From Curvibacter sp. AEP1-3 (lineage in GTDB: Bacteria > Pseudomonadota > Gammaproteobacteria > Burkholderiales > Burkholderiaceae_C): DNA of 43,862 nucleotides. The stretch is taken from contig CALRMF020000001.1 in NCBI GenBank assembly GCA_943369035.1, positions 1 through 43,862 of the forward strand. The letters run 5' to 3'. The position numbers were made by a program, and so were the translations under genes. Shown here one piece after another: positions 1-11,519 of the stretch. How positions within the stretch are numbered: position 1 is the first letter of the stretch; each line of letters starts with the position of its first letter. Below the pieces are notes generated by a model, which was not told the origin of the DNA, made no database searches, and saw only the letters and a program-made list of their open reading frames with translations.

Positions 1-6
1 CGCACC

Positions 7-1236
7 ATGCCCGTCAATCTCTCCGCTCCGAATCCGTCCGAACTTCATGCGATCGCCGGTGTACGCATCGGCGTCACCGAGGCGGGGGTACGCAAGGCCA
101 ACCGCAAGGACCTCACGGTGGTGCTGCTGGACGAGGGGGCGTCGGTAGCCGGTGTGTTCACGCAGAACCGTTTCTGCGCCGCGCCGGTGCAGGTGTGCCG
201 CGAGCATCTGGCCACCGGCCAGGGCATTCGCGCCATGGTCGTGAACACCGGCAATGCCAATGCCGGTACCGGGGCCGATGGCCTGGCGCGCGCCCGCAGC
301 ACCTGCGTGGCGCTGGCGCGCCAGCTGGGCATTGCGCCTGAGCAGGTATTGCCGTTTTCCACCGGCGTCATCATGGAGCCGCTGCCGCACGAGCGCATCG
401 AGGCGGGCTTGCCGGCGGCGTTGGCCGACGCGCGCGAGGACAACTGGCTGCGCGCGGCCGAAGGCATCATGACCACCGACACCGTGTCCAAGGCCTTCGG
501 TGCCCAGGTGACGATTGGTGGCGTGCGCGTGAGCGTTACCGGTGTCAGCAAGGGCGCGGGCATGATCCGGCCCAACATGGCCACCATGCTGGGTTTCATG
601 GCCACCGATGCCCGCGTCAGCCAGACAGTCATGCAGCAGCTGGCGCTGGAGCTGGCAGAAGGGTCGTTCAATCGCGTCACGGTCGATGGCGATACGTCGA
701 CCAACGATTCCTTCGTCGTCATCGCCAGCAACAAGGCGGCGCACCCGGTGATTGAATCATTGGACAGCCCGGAGGGGCAACAGCTCAAGGCCGCCATGCT
801 GGAAGTGGCACGCAAGCTGGCGCAGGCCATCGTGCGAGACGGCGAAGGGGCGACCAAGTTCATCACCATTCATGTGCAGGGCGGCAAGACGGCTGCCGAA
901 TGCCGCCAGGTGGCCTATGCCATTGCCCATTCGCCGCTGGTCAAGACGGCCTTTTACGCCAGTGACCCGAATCTGGGCCGCATTCTGGCCGCAGTGGGCT
1001 ACGCCGGCATTGCCGATCTGGATCAGACCCGCATCGAGCTGTTCCTGGACAATGTGCATGTCGCGACGCAAGGCGGGCGCAACCCGTCCTACCGCGAAGA
1101 GGATGGCCAGCGTGTGATGAAGCAAAGCGAGATCACGGTGCGCGTCGATCTGGGCCGCGGCGACGTACAGGAGACGGTCTGGACCTGCGACTTCAGCCAC
1201 GACTACGTGTCCATCAACGCCGACTATCGGAGTTGA
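7..1236 (+). CDS. argJ: Bifunctional ornithine acetyltransferase / N-acetylglutamate synthase
   Basis: Motifs [37 protein letters not shown] (autocleavage Thr), [15 protein letters not shown] and C-terminal [10 protein letters not shown]. Confidence 0.97.
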   Translation: MPVNLSAPNPSELHAIAGVRIGVTEAGVRKANRKDLTVVLLDEGASVAGVFTQNRFCAAPVQVCREHLATGQGIRAMVVNTGNANAGTGADGLARARSTCVALARQLGIAPEQVLPFSTGVIMEPLPHERIEAGLPAALADAREDNWLRAAEGIMTTDTVSKAFGAQVTIGGVRVSVTGVSKGAGMIRPNMATMLGFMATDARVSQTVMQQLALELAEGSFNRVTVDGDTSTNDSFVVIASNKAAHPVIESLDSPEGQQLKAAMLEVARKLAQAIVRDGEGATKFITIHVQGGKTAAECRQVAYAIAHSPLVKTAFYASDPNLGRILAAVGYAGIADLDQTRIELFLDNVHVATQGGRNPSYREEDGQRVMKQSEITVRVDLGRGDVQETVWTCDFSHDYVSINADYRS

Positions 1237-1239
1237 TCA

Positions 1240-1328
1240 CCCCCAGGCTACGCTCACTGCGTTCGCCGCGCCACCCCCCCTTGCAGGGGGCGCACCCAGC
1301 AGCCCGGCAGAGCCGGTTCTGCGGGTGC
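1240..1328. repeat. Structured GC-rich intergenic element (REP/MITE-like)
   Basis: Hairpins CCCCC-TTGCA-GGGGG (1276-1290) and GCACCC-a-GCAG-c-CCGGC-aga-GCCGG-tt-CTGC-GGGTGC (1292-1328) between co-oriented genes; single copy in this window. Confidence 0.55.
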
Positions 1329-1348
1329 TCGCGAATAAACTGTTGTCT

Positions 1349-2227
1349 ATGAACGAACAATTCCTACGCCTACTCGAACGTGCCGAGCAACTGATGGCGC
1401 GGATTGAATCCATCCTGCCGCAACCCTTGAGCCAGCCGGACTGGGGGGCGTCGATTGCCTTCCGCTACCGCAAGCGCAGCTCCGGGCACGGTGTGATCGA
1501 GCCGGTGCGTCATGTGGGCGTGATGCGACTGGACCAGCTCAAGGAAATTGAGCCGCAGAAGGAGAAGATCCAGCGCAATACCGAGCAGTTCGTGCGCGGG
1601 CTGCCGGCCAACAATGTGTTGCTCACGGGGGCGCGTGGTACCGGCAAGTCCTCGCTGATCCGTGCCTGCCTGCATACCTATGCCGACCAGGGGCTGAGGC
1701 TGATCGAGGTCGACAAGGCCGACATGGTCGATCTGCCGGACATTGTGGAGGTCGTGTCCCAGCGCTCTGAGAAGTTCATTGTTTTCTGTGACGACCTGAG
1801 CTTCGAGGAGGGCGAGCCCGGCTACAAGGCGCTCAAGTCCATCCTGGATGGCTCGGTGGCCGCCACGACGCCCAATGTGCTGGTCTACGTCACCAGCAAC
1901 CGGCGCCACCTGTTGCCCGAGTACATGAAGGACAACCTCAGCTATGCACCGAGCGAAGATGGCGAGATCCATCCGGGCGAGGTGGTGGAAGAGAAGATTT
2001 CCCTCTCGGAACGCTTTGGCCTGTGGGTCAGCTTCTATCCCTTCTCTCAGGACGAGTACCTGACCATCGTGGCACAGTGGCTCGCCTCGTTTGGGGTGGC
2101 CGTGGCAGCGATCGAAGCCGCCCGGCCCGAGGCGCTGGTCTGGGCGCTGGAACGGGGCTCGCGCAGCGGCCGGGTGGCCTACCAGTTCGCCCGCGACTAT
2201 GCGGGCCGGCATGTGGCGCAACCATGA
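1349..2227 (+). CDS. DUF815-family AAA+ ATPase
   Basis: Walker A GARGTGKS, Walker B FIVFCDDL, TSNRRHL, SLSERFGL and RSGRVA motifs; ATG at 1349 preferred over the upstream GTG inside the repeat. Confidence 0.9.
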   Translation: MNEQFLRLLERAEQLMARIESILPQPLSQPDWGASIAFRYRKRSSGHGVIEPVRHVGVMRLDQLKEIEPQKEKIQRNTEQFVRGLPANNVLLTGARGTGKSSLIRACLHTYADQGLRLIEVDKADMVDLPDIVEVVSQRSEKFIVFCDDLSFEEGEPGYKALKSILDGSVAATTPNVLVYVTSNRRHLLPEYMKDNLSYAPSEDGEIHPGEVVEEKISLSERFGLWVSFYPFSQDEYLTIVAQWLASFGVAVAAIEAARPEALVWALERGSRSGRVAYQFARDYAGRHVAQP

Positions 2228-2700
2228 ACAGGTCCCCGTTGGTGGCCGACGCCGATCGTCCGCGCGAGGGCGGCAGTGAACGCCCGGTAACGGCGGTGGC
2301 CGTCGGGGTGCTGCTGCAGGCCGATGGCAGTTTTCTGCTCACCTCACGCCCTCCGGGCAAGGTCTATGCAGGTTACTGGGAGTTCCCCGGGGGCAAGTTG
2401 GAGGCGGGAGAGACCGTGGCGCAGGCCCTGCGGCGTGAGCTGGAGGAGGAGCTTGGCATCGTGATCGGTGCGGCGCAACCCTGGAAGGTCGAGCTGGTCG
2501 ATTACCCGCACGCCTTGGTGCAGCTCCACTTCTGCAAGGTGTGGGCGTGGCAGGGTGAGCTGCAGATGCGCGAGGGCCAGGCGTTTGCGTGGCAGCAGTT
2601 GCCGGTGCAGGTCACTCCGGTGTTGCCCGGCACGGTGCCCGTGCTGCAGTGGCTGGCCGAAGAGCGCGGTTTCACGGCTGCTACACATTCTGTAGCTTGA
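2224..2700 (+). CDS. mutT: NUDIX hydrolase, MutT-like 8-oxo-dGTP diphosphatase
   Basis: Nudix box WEFPGGKLEAGETVAQALRRELEEELG; ATGA overlap with the upstream gene. Confidence 0.85.
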   Translation: MNRSPLVADADRPREGGSERPVTAVAVGVLLQADGSFLLTSRPPGKVYAGYWEFPGGKLEAGETVAQALRRELEEELGIVIGAAQPWKVELVDYPHALVQLHFCKVWAWQGELQMREGQAFAWQQLPVQVTPVLPGTVPVLQWLAEERGFTAATHSVA

Positions 2701-2742
2701 GGCGCCCATATTTCAGGGGCTGAAGGCCCTTTTTATTCAGAA
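2679..2742 (+). repeat. Dispersed ~64-bp intergenic repeat, copy A
   Basis: TGCTACACATTCTGTAGCT-N6-GCCC-N9-GGGC-TGAAGGCC-CTTTTTA; aligns without gaps to 11456-11519 and more loosely to 25950-26013. Confidence 0.65.
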
Positions 2743-2746
2743 TGGC

Positions 2747-2965
2747 TTACTGGGCCTTGGGATCGCCGAAGGCCTGTTCGTCCGGCGGTGCGTCGGCTGG
2801 CATACGGAAGTCCTCGCTGGCCCAGGCGCCCATGTCGATCTGCTTGCAGCGTTCACTGCAGAACGGGCGGTAGGGATTGCTGGGCGCATAAAGACTGTCG
2901 CCGCCGCAGGTCGGGCAGGGCACGAGTTTGGGTCTTGTGGGCTTTGAACCGGTGGCGTCGTTCAT
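2747..2965 (-). CDS. yacG: DNA gyrase inhibitor YacG
   Basis: CPTC...[19 protein letters not shown] zinc motif; follows coaE-zapD. Confidence 0.95.
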   Translation of the reverse strand: MNDATGSKPTRPKLVPCPTCGGDSLYAPSNPYRPFCSERCKQIDMGAWASEDFRMPADAPPDEQAFGDPKAQ

Positions 2966-3001
2966 GGTCTTCGAAAGGCGGCGCGCACAGACGATCCGTC
3001 G

Positions 3002-3757
3002 TCAGGAGCACAAGGTCAGCTCGAACGCGGCGTCCTCATTGCTGGCATGCAGCCGATCATCAGCCTCATGACGCATGAGCCGGATCGAAACGATCAGCCG
3101 GTTGCCGCTGATTTCCGGGATCAGGCCCAGCGAAGGGTCCAGCGCCAGACGCAGCAACTGGAACGTACGGCCTTGCGGCAGGTTCTGCTGGTACTGGCCA
3201 CCAGCGGCCATGACCTTCTGCGGCAGGCCGGAGTCGCGCAGCAGCTTGAGCAGCAAATGAATGGAGTCGGCCAATGGTGACAGCGTGGCGGTCCAGCGTT
3301 CCAGGTCGGCGCGGCGCTCGGCACTGGCCTGGTGTTGCCATGCATAGTAGGCCGGTAGGTCGAATTCACAGGTGCCGCCGGGAATGCCGATGCGGCTACG
3401 AATGCTCATCAACCAGTCGTTTTCCGTCAGGGCGTGGCCTGCCTTGCCCGGCAGGCTGTTGAGGTCGGCGAAGCAGCGTTCGATCTGCTGCAGCACGGAC
3501 TCGAGCACGCTCTGGTCGATGGCCGGGTTGCTGCGGTAGGCGTGCAGCACCTGCTTTTGTTTCTCCAGGTCCTTGAGCACATCGGACTTGAGGTCGGCGC
3601 GCGCGCCGACATCCATCACTTCGAAGATGGTCGCCAGGGCGTAATGGTGATCCAGTGCATCCTCACGCGACACCAGTTGCGCCAGGCGCTGGAACAGGTG
3701 TTCCAGGCGCAGGTAGGTGCGGATGCGCTCGTTGAAGGGATATTCGTAGATGATCAC
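3002..3757 (-). CDS. zapD: Cell division protein ZapD
   Basis: N-terminal YEYPFNERIRTYLRLE, IPGGTCEFDLP and PEISGN motifs; GTG start. Confidence 0.95.
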   Translation of the reverse strand: MIIYEYPFNERIRTYLRLEHLFQRLAQLVSREDALDHHYALATIFEVMDVGARADLKSDVLKDLEKQKQVLHAYRSNPAIDQSVLESVLQQIERCFADLNSLPGKAGHALTENDWLMSIRSRIGIPGGTCEFDLPAYYAWQHQASAERRADLERWTATLSPLADSIHLLLKLLRDSGLPQKVMAAGGQYQQNLPQGRTFQLLRLALDPSLGLIPEISGNRLIVSIRLMRHEADDRLHASNEDAAFELTLCS

Positions 3758-3779
3758 GCTGTATTTTCCGGACGTCGAA

Positions 3780-4388
3780 TCATAGCCCGAAGCGGCGTGC
3801 CAACTGCCGGACTTCCTGAGCCAGCTGCTCCAACGTCAGACCGTCGTTGTACAGCACGAGGTCGGCCGCAGACAGCCGCTGCGCACGGCGGGCCTGGCTG
3901 GTGATGATGGCGACAACGGCGTCGCGGCTCAGGTCGCTGCGCTGCATGGTGCGCGCGATCTGGGTCTCGGTCCGACAGTCCACCACGAGCACCTGGTCCA
4001 GCCGGGCGCGCCAATGGCCCGACTCCACCAGCAGGGGGATGTCGAAGACGATGCAGCGGCAACCAGCCGTCAACGCAGCTTGTGCCTGGCGCTCGGTCTC
4101 CTGGCCGACGAGGGGATGGATGATCTGCTCCAGCTGTTGCCGTGCTGACGGGTCCTGAAAGACATGGGCCCGCATCCGCTCCCGGTCAAGGGCCCCTGCC
4201 GGCGTGATGAACGCCGCCCCGAAAATCTGGCGGATGGTCTCGATCGCGGCACCGCCGCTGGCCGTGGTTTGCCGCGAGATGGCGTCGGCATCGATGACGG
4301 CAGCACCGTGGCTGGCCAGCAGTGCGGCCACCGTGCTCTTGCCGCTGCCTATGCCGCCCGTCAATCCGAGCCGGATGCTGCCCTGCAT
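3780..4388 (-). CDS. coaE: Dephospho-CoA kinase
   Basis: GLTGGIGSGKSTV, IDADAI, IIHPLV and DIPLLVE motifs; start set at MQGSIRLG. Confidence 0.95.
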   Translation of the reverse strand: MQGSIRLGLTGGIGSGKSTVAALLASHGAAVIDADAISRQTTASGGAAIETIRQIFGAAFITPAGALDRERMRAHVFQDPSARQQLEQIIHPLVGQETERQAQAALTAGCRCIVFDIPLLVESGHWRARLDQVLVVDCRTETQIARTMQRSDLSRDAVVAIITSQARRAQRLSAADLVLYNDGLTLEQLAQEVRQLARRFGL

Positions 4389-4390
4389 CG

Positions 4391-5233
4391 TTACAGTCCG
4401 AGAACGCGCAGGATGCTTTGTGGCCCGAACACCATGGCAGTGAGTCCGGCGGCGGCCAGAAAAGGTCCGAAGGGCACGTAGCCGCCTTCGCGCAAGCCGC
4501 TGCTGAACTTCATGGCGATGCCGACAACGGCGCCGATGACCGAGGCCATCAGGATGATCGGTACCAGGGCCGGCCAGCCGAACCACGCGCCCAGCGCGGC
4601 GTAAAGCTTGAAGTCGCCGTAGCCCATGCCCTCCTTGCCGGTCACCAGCTTGAACGACCAGTAGACCAGCCAGAGCGAGAGATAGCCGGCGGCGGCACCC
4701 CACAAGGCTACCGGCAACGGCACGTTCGTCCATTGCAGCGCAGCGGCGATCAGGCCGCCCCAGAGCAAGGGGAGGGTGATGTCGTCGGGCAGCAGGGTGG
4801 TGTCCCAGTCGATCAGCCCCAGCGCCACAATGGCGGCTGCAAACGCACTCCAGACCATTCCGGTGGGCGTGATGCCCCAGGTCCAGGCGCTGAAGGCGAA
4901 CAGGACCCCCGTGGCCAGCTCAACCAGCGGGTAGCGCAGGCTGATCGGGGTGTGGCAGACCGAGCACCGGCCGCGCAGGGCGAGGTAACTCAGCACCGGT
5001 ATGTTCTCGAACCAGCGGATCTGGTGGCCGCATTTCTGGCAGCGCGAGCGCGGCACCATCAGGTTGAAGCGCTCCGCTTCAGGTGCCGGACGGCCGCTGA
5101 GCTCGGCGCATTCCGCAGCCCATTGCCGCTCCAGCATCTTGGGCAGGCGGTAGATCACGACATTCAGGAAGCTGCCGATCAGCAGTCCCAGCAGGCCGGC
5201 GAGACCGGCGTCAACGGTTTGACTGACCAGCAT
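4391..5233 (-). CDS. pilD: Type IV prepilin peptidase/N-methyltransferase
   Basis: GSFLNVVIYRLP, two CxxC pairs, LLPDDITLP, EGMGYGDFKL and VPFGPFL motifs. Confidence 0.96.
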   Translation of the reverse strand: MLVSQTVDAGLAGLLGLLIGSFLNVVIYRLPKMLERQWAAECAELSGRPAPEAERFNLMVPRSRCQKCGHQIRWFENIPVLSYLALRGRCSVCHTPISLRYPLVELATGVLFAFSAWTWGITPTGMVWSAFAAAIVALGLIDWDTTLLPDDITLPLLWGGLIAAALQWTNVPLPVALWGAAAGYLSLWLVYWSFKLVTGKEGMGYGDFKLYAALGAWFGWPALVPIILMASVIGAVVGIAMKFSSGLREGGYVPFGPFLAAAGLTAMVFGPQSILRVLGL

Positions 5234-6450
5234 CAGACCACCTGTCCCAGTTTGAAGATTGGCAGGTACATGGAGACCACGATGCCGCCGATCAGGCTGC
5301 CGAGGAACACGATGATGATGGGCTCCATCAGGCTGGACAGGCCGGCGACCATGTCGTCGACTTCGGCCTCGTAGAAGTCGGCTGCCTTGCCCAGCATGTG
5401 GTCGATCGAGCCCGACTCCTCGCCGATCGAGCACATCTGCAGCACCATGCTTGGAAACAGGTTGGCGTTGGCCATGGCCGCCGTCAGGCTGGTGCCGGTG
5501 GACACTTCGTGCTGGATCTTTTCCGTGGCCCGCAAATAGACCGAGTTGCCGGCCGCGCCGCCAACCGAGTCCAGCGCCTCGACCAGCGGTACGCCGGCTG
5601 CGAACATGGTCGACAGCGTGCGGGTCCAGCGCGCGATGATGGATTTCTCGATCAGCGGGCCGAAGACCGGGACGCGCAGCAGCAGGCGGTCCATGGCCTG
5701 CTGCATCTTCTCGTTGCGCTTCCAGGCCTGGAAGAAGAAGTAGAGGCCGCCGCCCAGGCTGCCGAAGATCAGCCACCAGTAGGCAACGAAAAACTCGCTC
5801 ATGGCGATGACGAACAGCGTCGGTGCCGGCAGGTCGGCGCCAAAGGAGCTGAACACCTCCTTGAAGGCCGGGATCACGAAGATCATGATGACGGTGATCA
5901 CGACGATGGCCACGACGACCACCGAAATCGGGTACATCAGGGCCGACTTGATCTTCGACTTGATGGCCTCGGTCTTTTCCATGTAGGTCGCCAGCCGGTC
6001 CAGCAGCTGGTCCAGGATGCCGGCCTGCTCACCCGCTTCCACCAGGTTGCAGTAAAGGTTGTCGAAGTGCATGGGGAACTTGCGGAAGGCCGTGCTGAGC
6101 GAGGTGCCGGTCTCCACGTCGGTGCGGATGTCGTTGAGCAGACGCGTGACGTTGGGATTGGCGTTGCCTCGCCCCACGATGTCGAAGGCCTGCAGCAGCG
6201 GCACGCCGGCCTTCATCATGGTGGCGAGCTGGCGCGTGAAGATGGCAAGGTCCTTGGGCTTGATGGCCTTGCCGGAGCGCATGCGGCGCTTCTTGATCTT
6301 GCTCGGCAGCACGCCTTGGCGGCGCAGGGCGGCCTGCACCTGGTTTTCGCCGCTGGCGCGCATTTCGCCGCGCATGGCCTTGCCATTGCGGTCCTTGCCT
6401 TCCCATTCGAAGGTGAACTCCTTGCTGTCCTTGGATTTTGCCGTTGCCAT
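5233..6450 (-). CDS. pilC: Type IV pilus inner-membrane platform protein
   Basis: FTRQLATMMKAGVPLLQ, AGEQAGILD, KIKSALMYP, GEESGS and MYLPIF motifs (GspF family). Confidence 0.96.
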   Translation of the reverse strand: MATAKSKDSKEFTFEWEGKDRNGKAMRGEMRASGENQVQAALRRQGVLPSKIKKRRMRSGKAIKPKDLAIFTRQLATMMKAGVPLLQAFDIVGRGNANPNVTRLLNDIRTDVETGTSLSTAFRKFPMHFDNLYCNLVEAGEQAGILDQLLDRLATYMEKTEAIKSKIKSALMYPISVVVVAIVVITVIMIFVIPAFKEVFSSFGADLPAPTLFVIAMSEFFVAYWWLIFGSLGGGLYFFFQAWKRNEKMQQAMDRLLLRVPVFGPLIEKSIIARWTRTLSTMFAAGVPLVEALDSVGGAAGNSVYLRATEKIQHEVSTGTSLTAAMANANLFPSMVLQMCSIGEESGSIDHMLGKAADFYEAEVDDMVAGLSSLMEPIIIVFLGSLIGGIVVSMYLPIFKLGQVV

Positions 6451-6473
6451 GCCTTGCCCTGTGTTCCTTGTCG

Positions 6474-8207
<1,734 letters not shown>

Positions 8208-8382
8208 GTGGCGGGATGTTCTGGGTTCCGGAGGGAAACCCTTGGATCATCGCCGATTGCCTGTCTGATGTAAATCTGAGCCCGGACGGCAAATTGCAAG
8301 CAGACGTTGCAGCACAACAGGTGTCGGATAGGGAGGTCGGTGACGTGGGGAGGGACCTGGTGATCCCAGTCCCGGCTCAAAG

Positions 8383-8403
8383 GACGATCCGTGGTGGATC
8401 GTC
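8383..8403 (-). terminator. Hairpin downstream of the tRNA, possible terminator
   Basis: GACGATCC-N5-GGATCGTC 8-bp stem 10 nt past the tRNA 3' end; only a weak U-tract. Confidence 0.4.
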
Positions 8404-8413
8404 GAGAGAAAAC

Positions 8414-8490
<77 letters not shown>

Positions 8491-8516
8491 AAATCAATTG
8501 CCACTGACACGCCGTG

Positions 8517-9506
8517 CTAGGACTGGCGCTCCAGCAATTGAGCCGCTAATTGTAGCAGACTCTCGGTGTGGGGTCCGGCAGGAAGTTGCCGTGCGGCAGC
8601 CATGGCGCGTTCCGCTTCGCGGGCGGCGGCCTGGCGCGAGACATCCAGCGCTCCGGTCTGCCGCACCACGGCGATGACCTCCTCCAGTTGCGAGACGGAA
8701 CCGTTTTCGATGGCGTCGCGGATCAGGGTGCGCTGGCTGTCGGTGCCGCGCTGCATGGCGGCGATCAGTGGCAAGGTGGCCTTGCCTTCGCGCAGATCGT
8801 CGCCCAGGCTCTTGCCCATGACGGCGGCATCGCCAGCATAGTCAAGCACGTCGTCAATGACCTGGAACGCGGTGCCCAAGGCCTGACCGTAGTCGGCGCA
8901 GGCGGCTTCCAGCTCGGGCGATGCGCCGGCCAGGATGGCCCCGACACGGGCGCTGGCCTCGAACAGTTTGGCGGTCTTGGAGCGGATGACCTGAAGGTAG
9001 CCGGCTTCGTCCAGTCCGGCGTTGTGCATGTTCATCAACTGCAGCACTTCGCCTTCGGCAATGATGTTGGTGGCGTCGGCCAGCACCTGCATGATGCGCA
9101 TGCTCTGTGCCTCCACCATCATCTGGAAGGCGCGCGAGTAGAGGAAGTCGCCCACCAGCACGCTGGCCGGGTTACCGAAGGTTTCGTTGGCAGTCGGGTT
9201 GCCGCGGCGCAGGACGGACTCATCCACCACGTCATCGTGCAGCAGCGTGGCGGTGTGGATGAACTCCACCACCGCGGCGAGGCTGAAGCGCTGCGATTCG
9301 CGGTAGCCCAGGGCGCCGCAGGCCAGCAGCAGCAGGGCCGGGCGCAGCCGCTTGCCACCAGCGGCAATGATGTACTGCGAAACCTGACCGACCAGCGGAA
9401 CGCCCGAATCGAGGCGGCGGGCGATGACGTGGTCCACCTCGCGCATGTCGTCGGCGATCAGAGTGAGCGGGTTGGCTGGATGGGATGGGGTCACTTGGGC
9501 GGGCAT
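8517..9506 (-). CDS. ispB: Octaprenyl/polyprenyl diphosphate synthase
   Basis: GGKRLRP, first DDxxD ([10 protein letters not shown]), second DDxxD (FQVIDDVLD), GDDLREGK; divergent from rplU. Confidence 0.93.
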   Translation of the reverse strand: MPAQVTPSHPANPLTLIADDMREVDHVIARRLDSGVPLVGQVSQYIIAAGGKRLRPALLLLACGALGYRESQRFSLAAVVEFIHTATLLHDDVVDESVLRRGNPTANETFGNPASVLVGDFLYSRAFQMMVEAQSMRIMQVLADATNIIAEGEVLQLMNMHNAGLDEAGYLQVIRSKTAKLFEASARVGAILAGASPELEAACADYGQALGTAFQVIDDVLDYAGDAAVMGKSLGDDLREGKATLPLIAAMQRGTDSQRTLIRDAIENGSVSQLEEVIAVVRQTGALDVSRQAAAREAERAMAAARQLPAGPHTESLLQLAAQLLERQS

Positions 9507-9595
9507 GAAAACCGGTAGGTGGCGCCGATTATAGGAAGCCCGGGCGCCTGGCCCATCTTGGCGGGCGACGGGAAGATGTTAGTAATCCCAAACTA

Positions 9596-9604
9596 TGTTA
9601 TACT
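9596..9604 (+). promoter_or_regulatory. Extended -10 promoter of rplU-rpmA
   Basis: TG-T-TATACT upstream of rplU, followed by a 5' hairpin and a GAGG ribosome-binding site. Confidence 0.6.
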
Positions 9605-9653
9605 TTTGGGCTCTGCGGAAATTCGTCCGTGGAGTTCTTTCTAAGAGGTCAAC

Positions 9654-9965
9654 ATGTACGCGGTCATAAAAACCGGTGGCAAGCAATATCGCGTTGCTGC
9701 TGGCGAAAAAATTAAAGTAGAACAGATTGCTGCGGACGTAGGCCAAGAGATCGTCATCGACCAGGTTCTGGCTGTCGGCAACGGCGCTGAACTGAAGGTG
9801 GGTACGCCCTTGGTGTCCGGCGCGACTGTCAAAGCCACTGTGGTGGCGCACGGCAAGCACGACAAGGTTCACATCTTCAAGATGCGTCGTCGCAAGCACT
9901 ATCAGAAACGTCAAGGGCACCGTCAGCAGTTCACCGAACTGCAAATCGGCGCAATTTCTGCATAA
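9654..9965 (+). CDS. rplU: 50S ribosomal protein L21
   Basis: [14 protein letters not shown]...KRQGHRQ. Confidence 0.99.
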   Translation: MYAVIKTGGKQYRVAAGEKIKVEQIAADVGQEIVIDQVLAVGNGAELKVGTPLVSGATVKATVVAHGKHDKVHIFKMRRRKHYQKRQGHRQQFTELQIGAISA

Positions 9966-9977
9966 GGGGCAGCAGTC

Positions 9978-10235
9978 ATGGCACAGAAAAAAGGCGGCGG
10001 CTCTACGCGAAACGGGCGCGATTCCAAGCCCAAGATGCTCGGTGTGAAGGCTTTTGGCGGCCAGCAGATCAGCGCCGGCTCCATCATCGTGCGCCAGCGC
10101 GGTACCAAGTTCCATCCCGGCACCAATGTCGGTATCGGCAAGGACCACACCCTGTTTGCGCTCGTGGACGGCCAAGTGTCGTTTACCACCAAAGGTGCGC
10201 TTAACAAGCACACGGTGAATGTGACCGCAGCCTGA
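9978..10235 (+). CDS. rpmA: 50S ribosomal protein L27
   Basis: [16 protein letters not shown]...[10 protein letters not shown]...KDHTLFA. Confidence 0.99.
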   Translation: MAQKKGGGSTRNGRDSKPKMLGVKAFGGQQISAGSIIVRQRGTKFHPGTNVGIGKDHTLFALVDGQVSFTTKGALNKHTVNVTAA

Positions 10236-10260
10236 GCTGACGGCTAACGTTCCCCCTGCG

Positions 10261-10294
10261 AAACCCTGCGCCATCCGCGCAGGGTTTTTGTTTT
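10261..10294 (+). terminator. Rho-independent terminator after rpmA
   Basis: AAACCCTGCGC-CATCC-GCGCAGGGTTT followed by TTGTTTT. Confidence 0.85.
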
Positions 10295-10311
10295 AGGCCT
10301 CCTGTGTTTAA

Positions 10312-11451
<1,140 letters not shown>

Positions 11452-11455
11452 AATC

Positions 11456-11519
11456 TGCTCTTTATTTCGTAGCTATTCATGCCCTGTGGACGAGGGCTGC
11501 AAGCCAAAATGACTTCAAA
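11456..11519 (+). repeat. Dispersed ~64-bp intergenic repeat, copy B
   Basis: TGCTCTTTATTTCGTAGCT-N6-GCCC-N9-GGGC-TGCAAGCC-AAAATGA; gap-free alignment with copy A. Confidence 0.65.

Noticed and set aside
3780-5776. Apparent long N-terminal extensions of CoaE and PilD in the ORF track (likewise for ProS, HemA, MutT, UbiE, HIT and DUF971)
   Set aside because: The extensions overlap neighbouring genes; conserved domains begin at downstream starts that abut the preceding gene
8292-8312. Possible sigma54 promoter for pilB (TTGCA on the minus strand)
   Set aside because: The required GG at the -24 position is absent at the correct spacing
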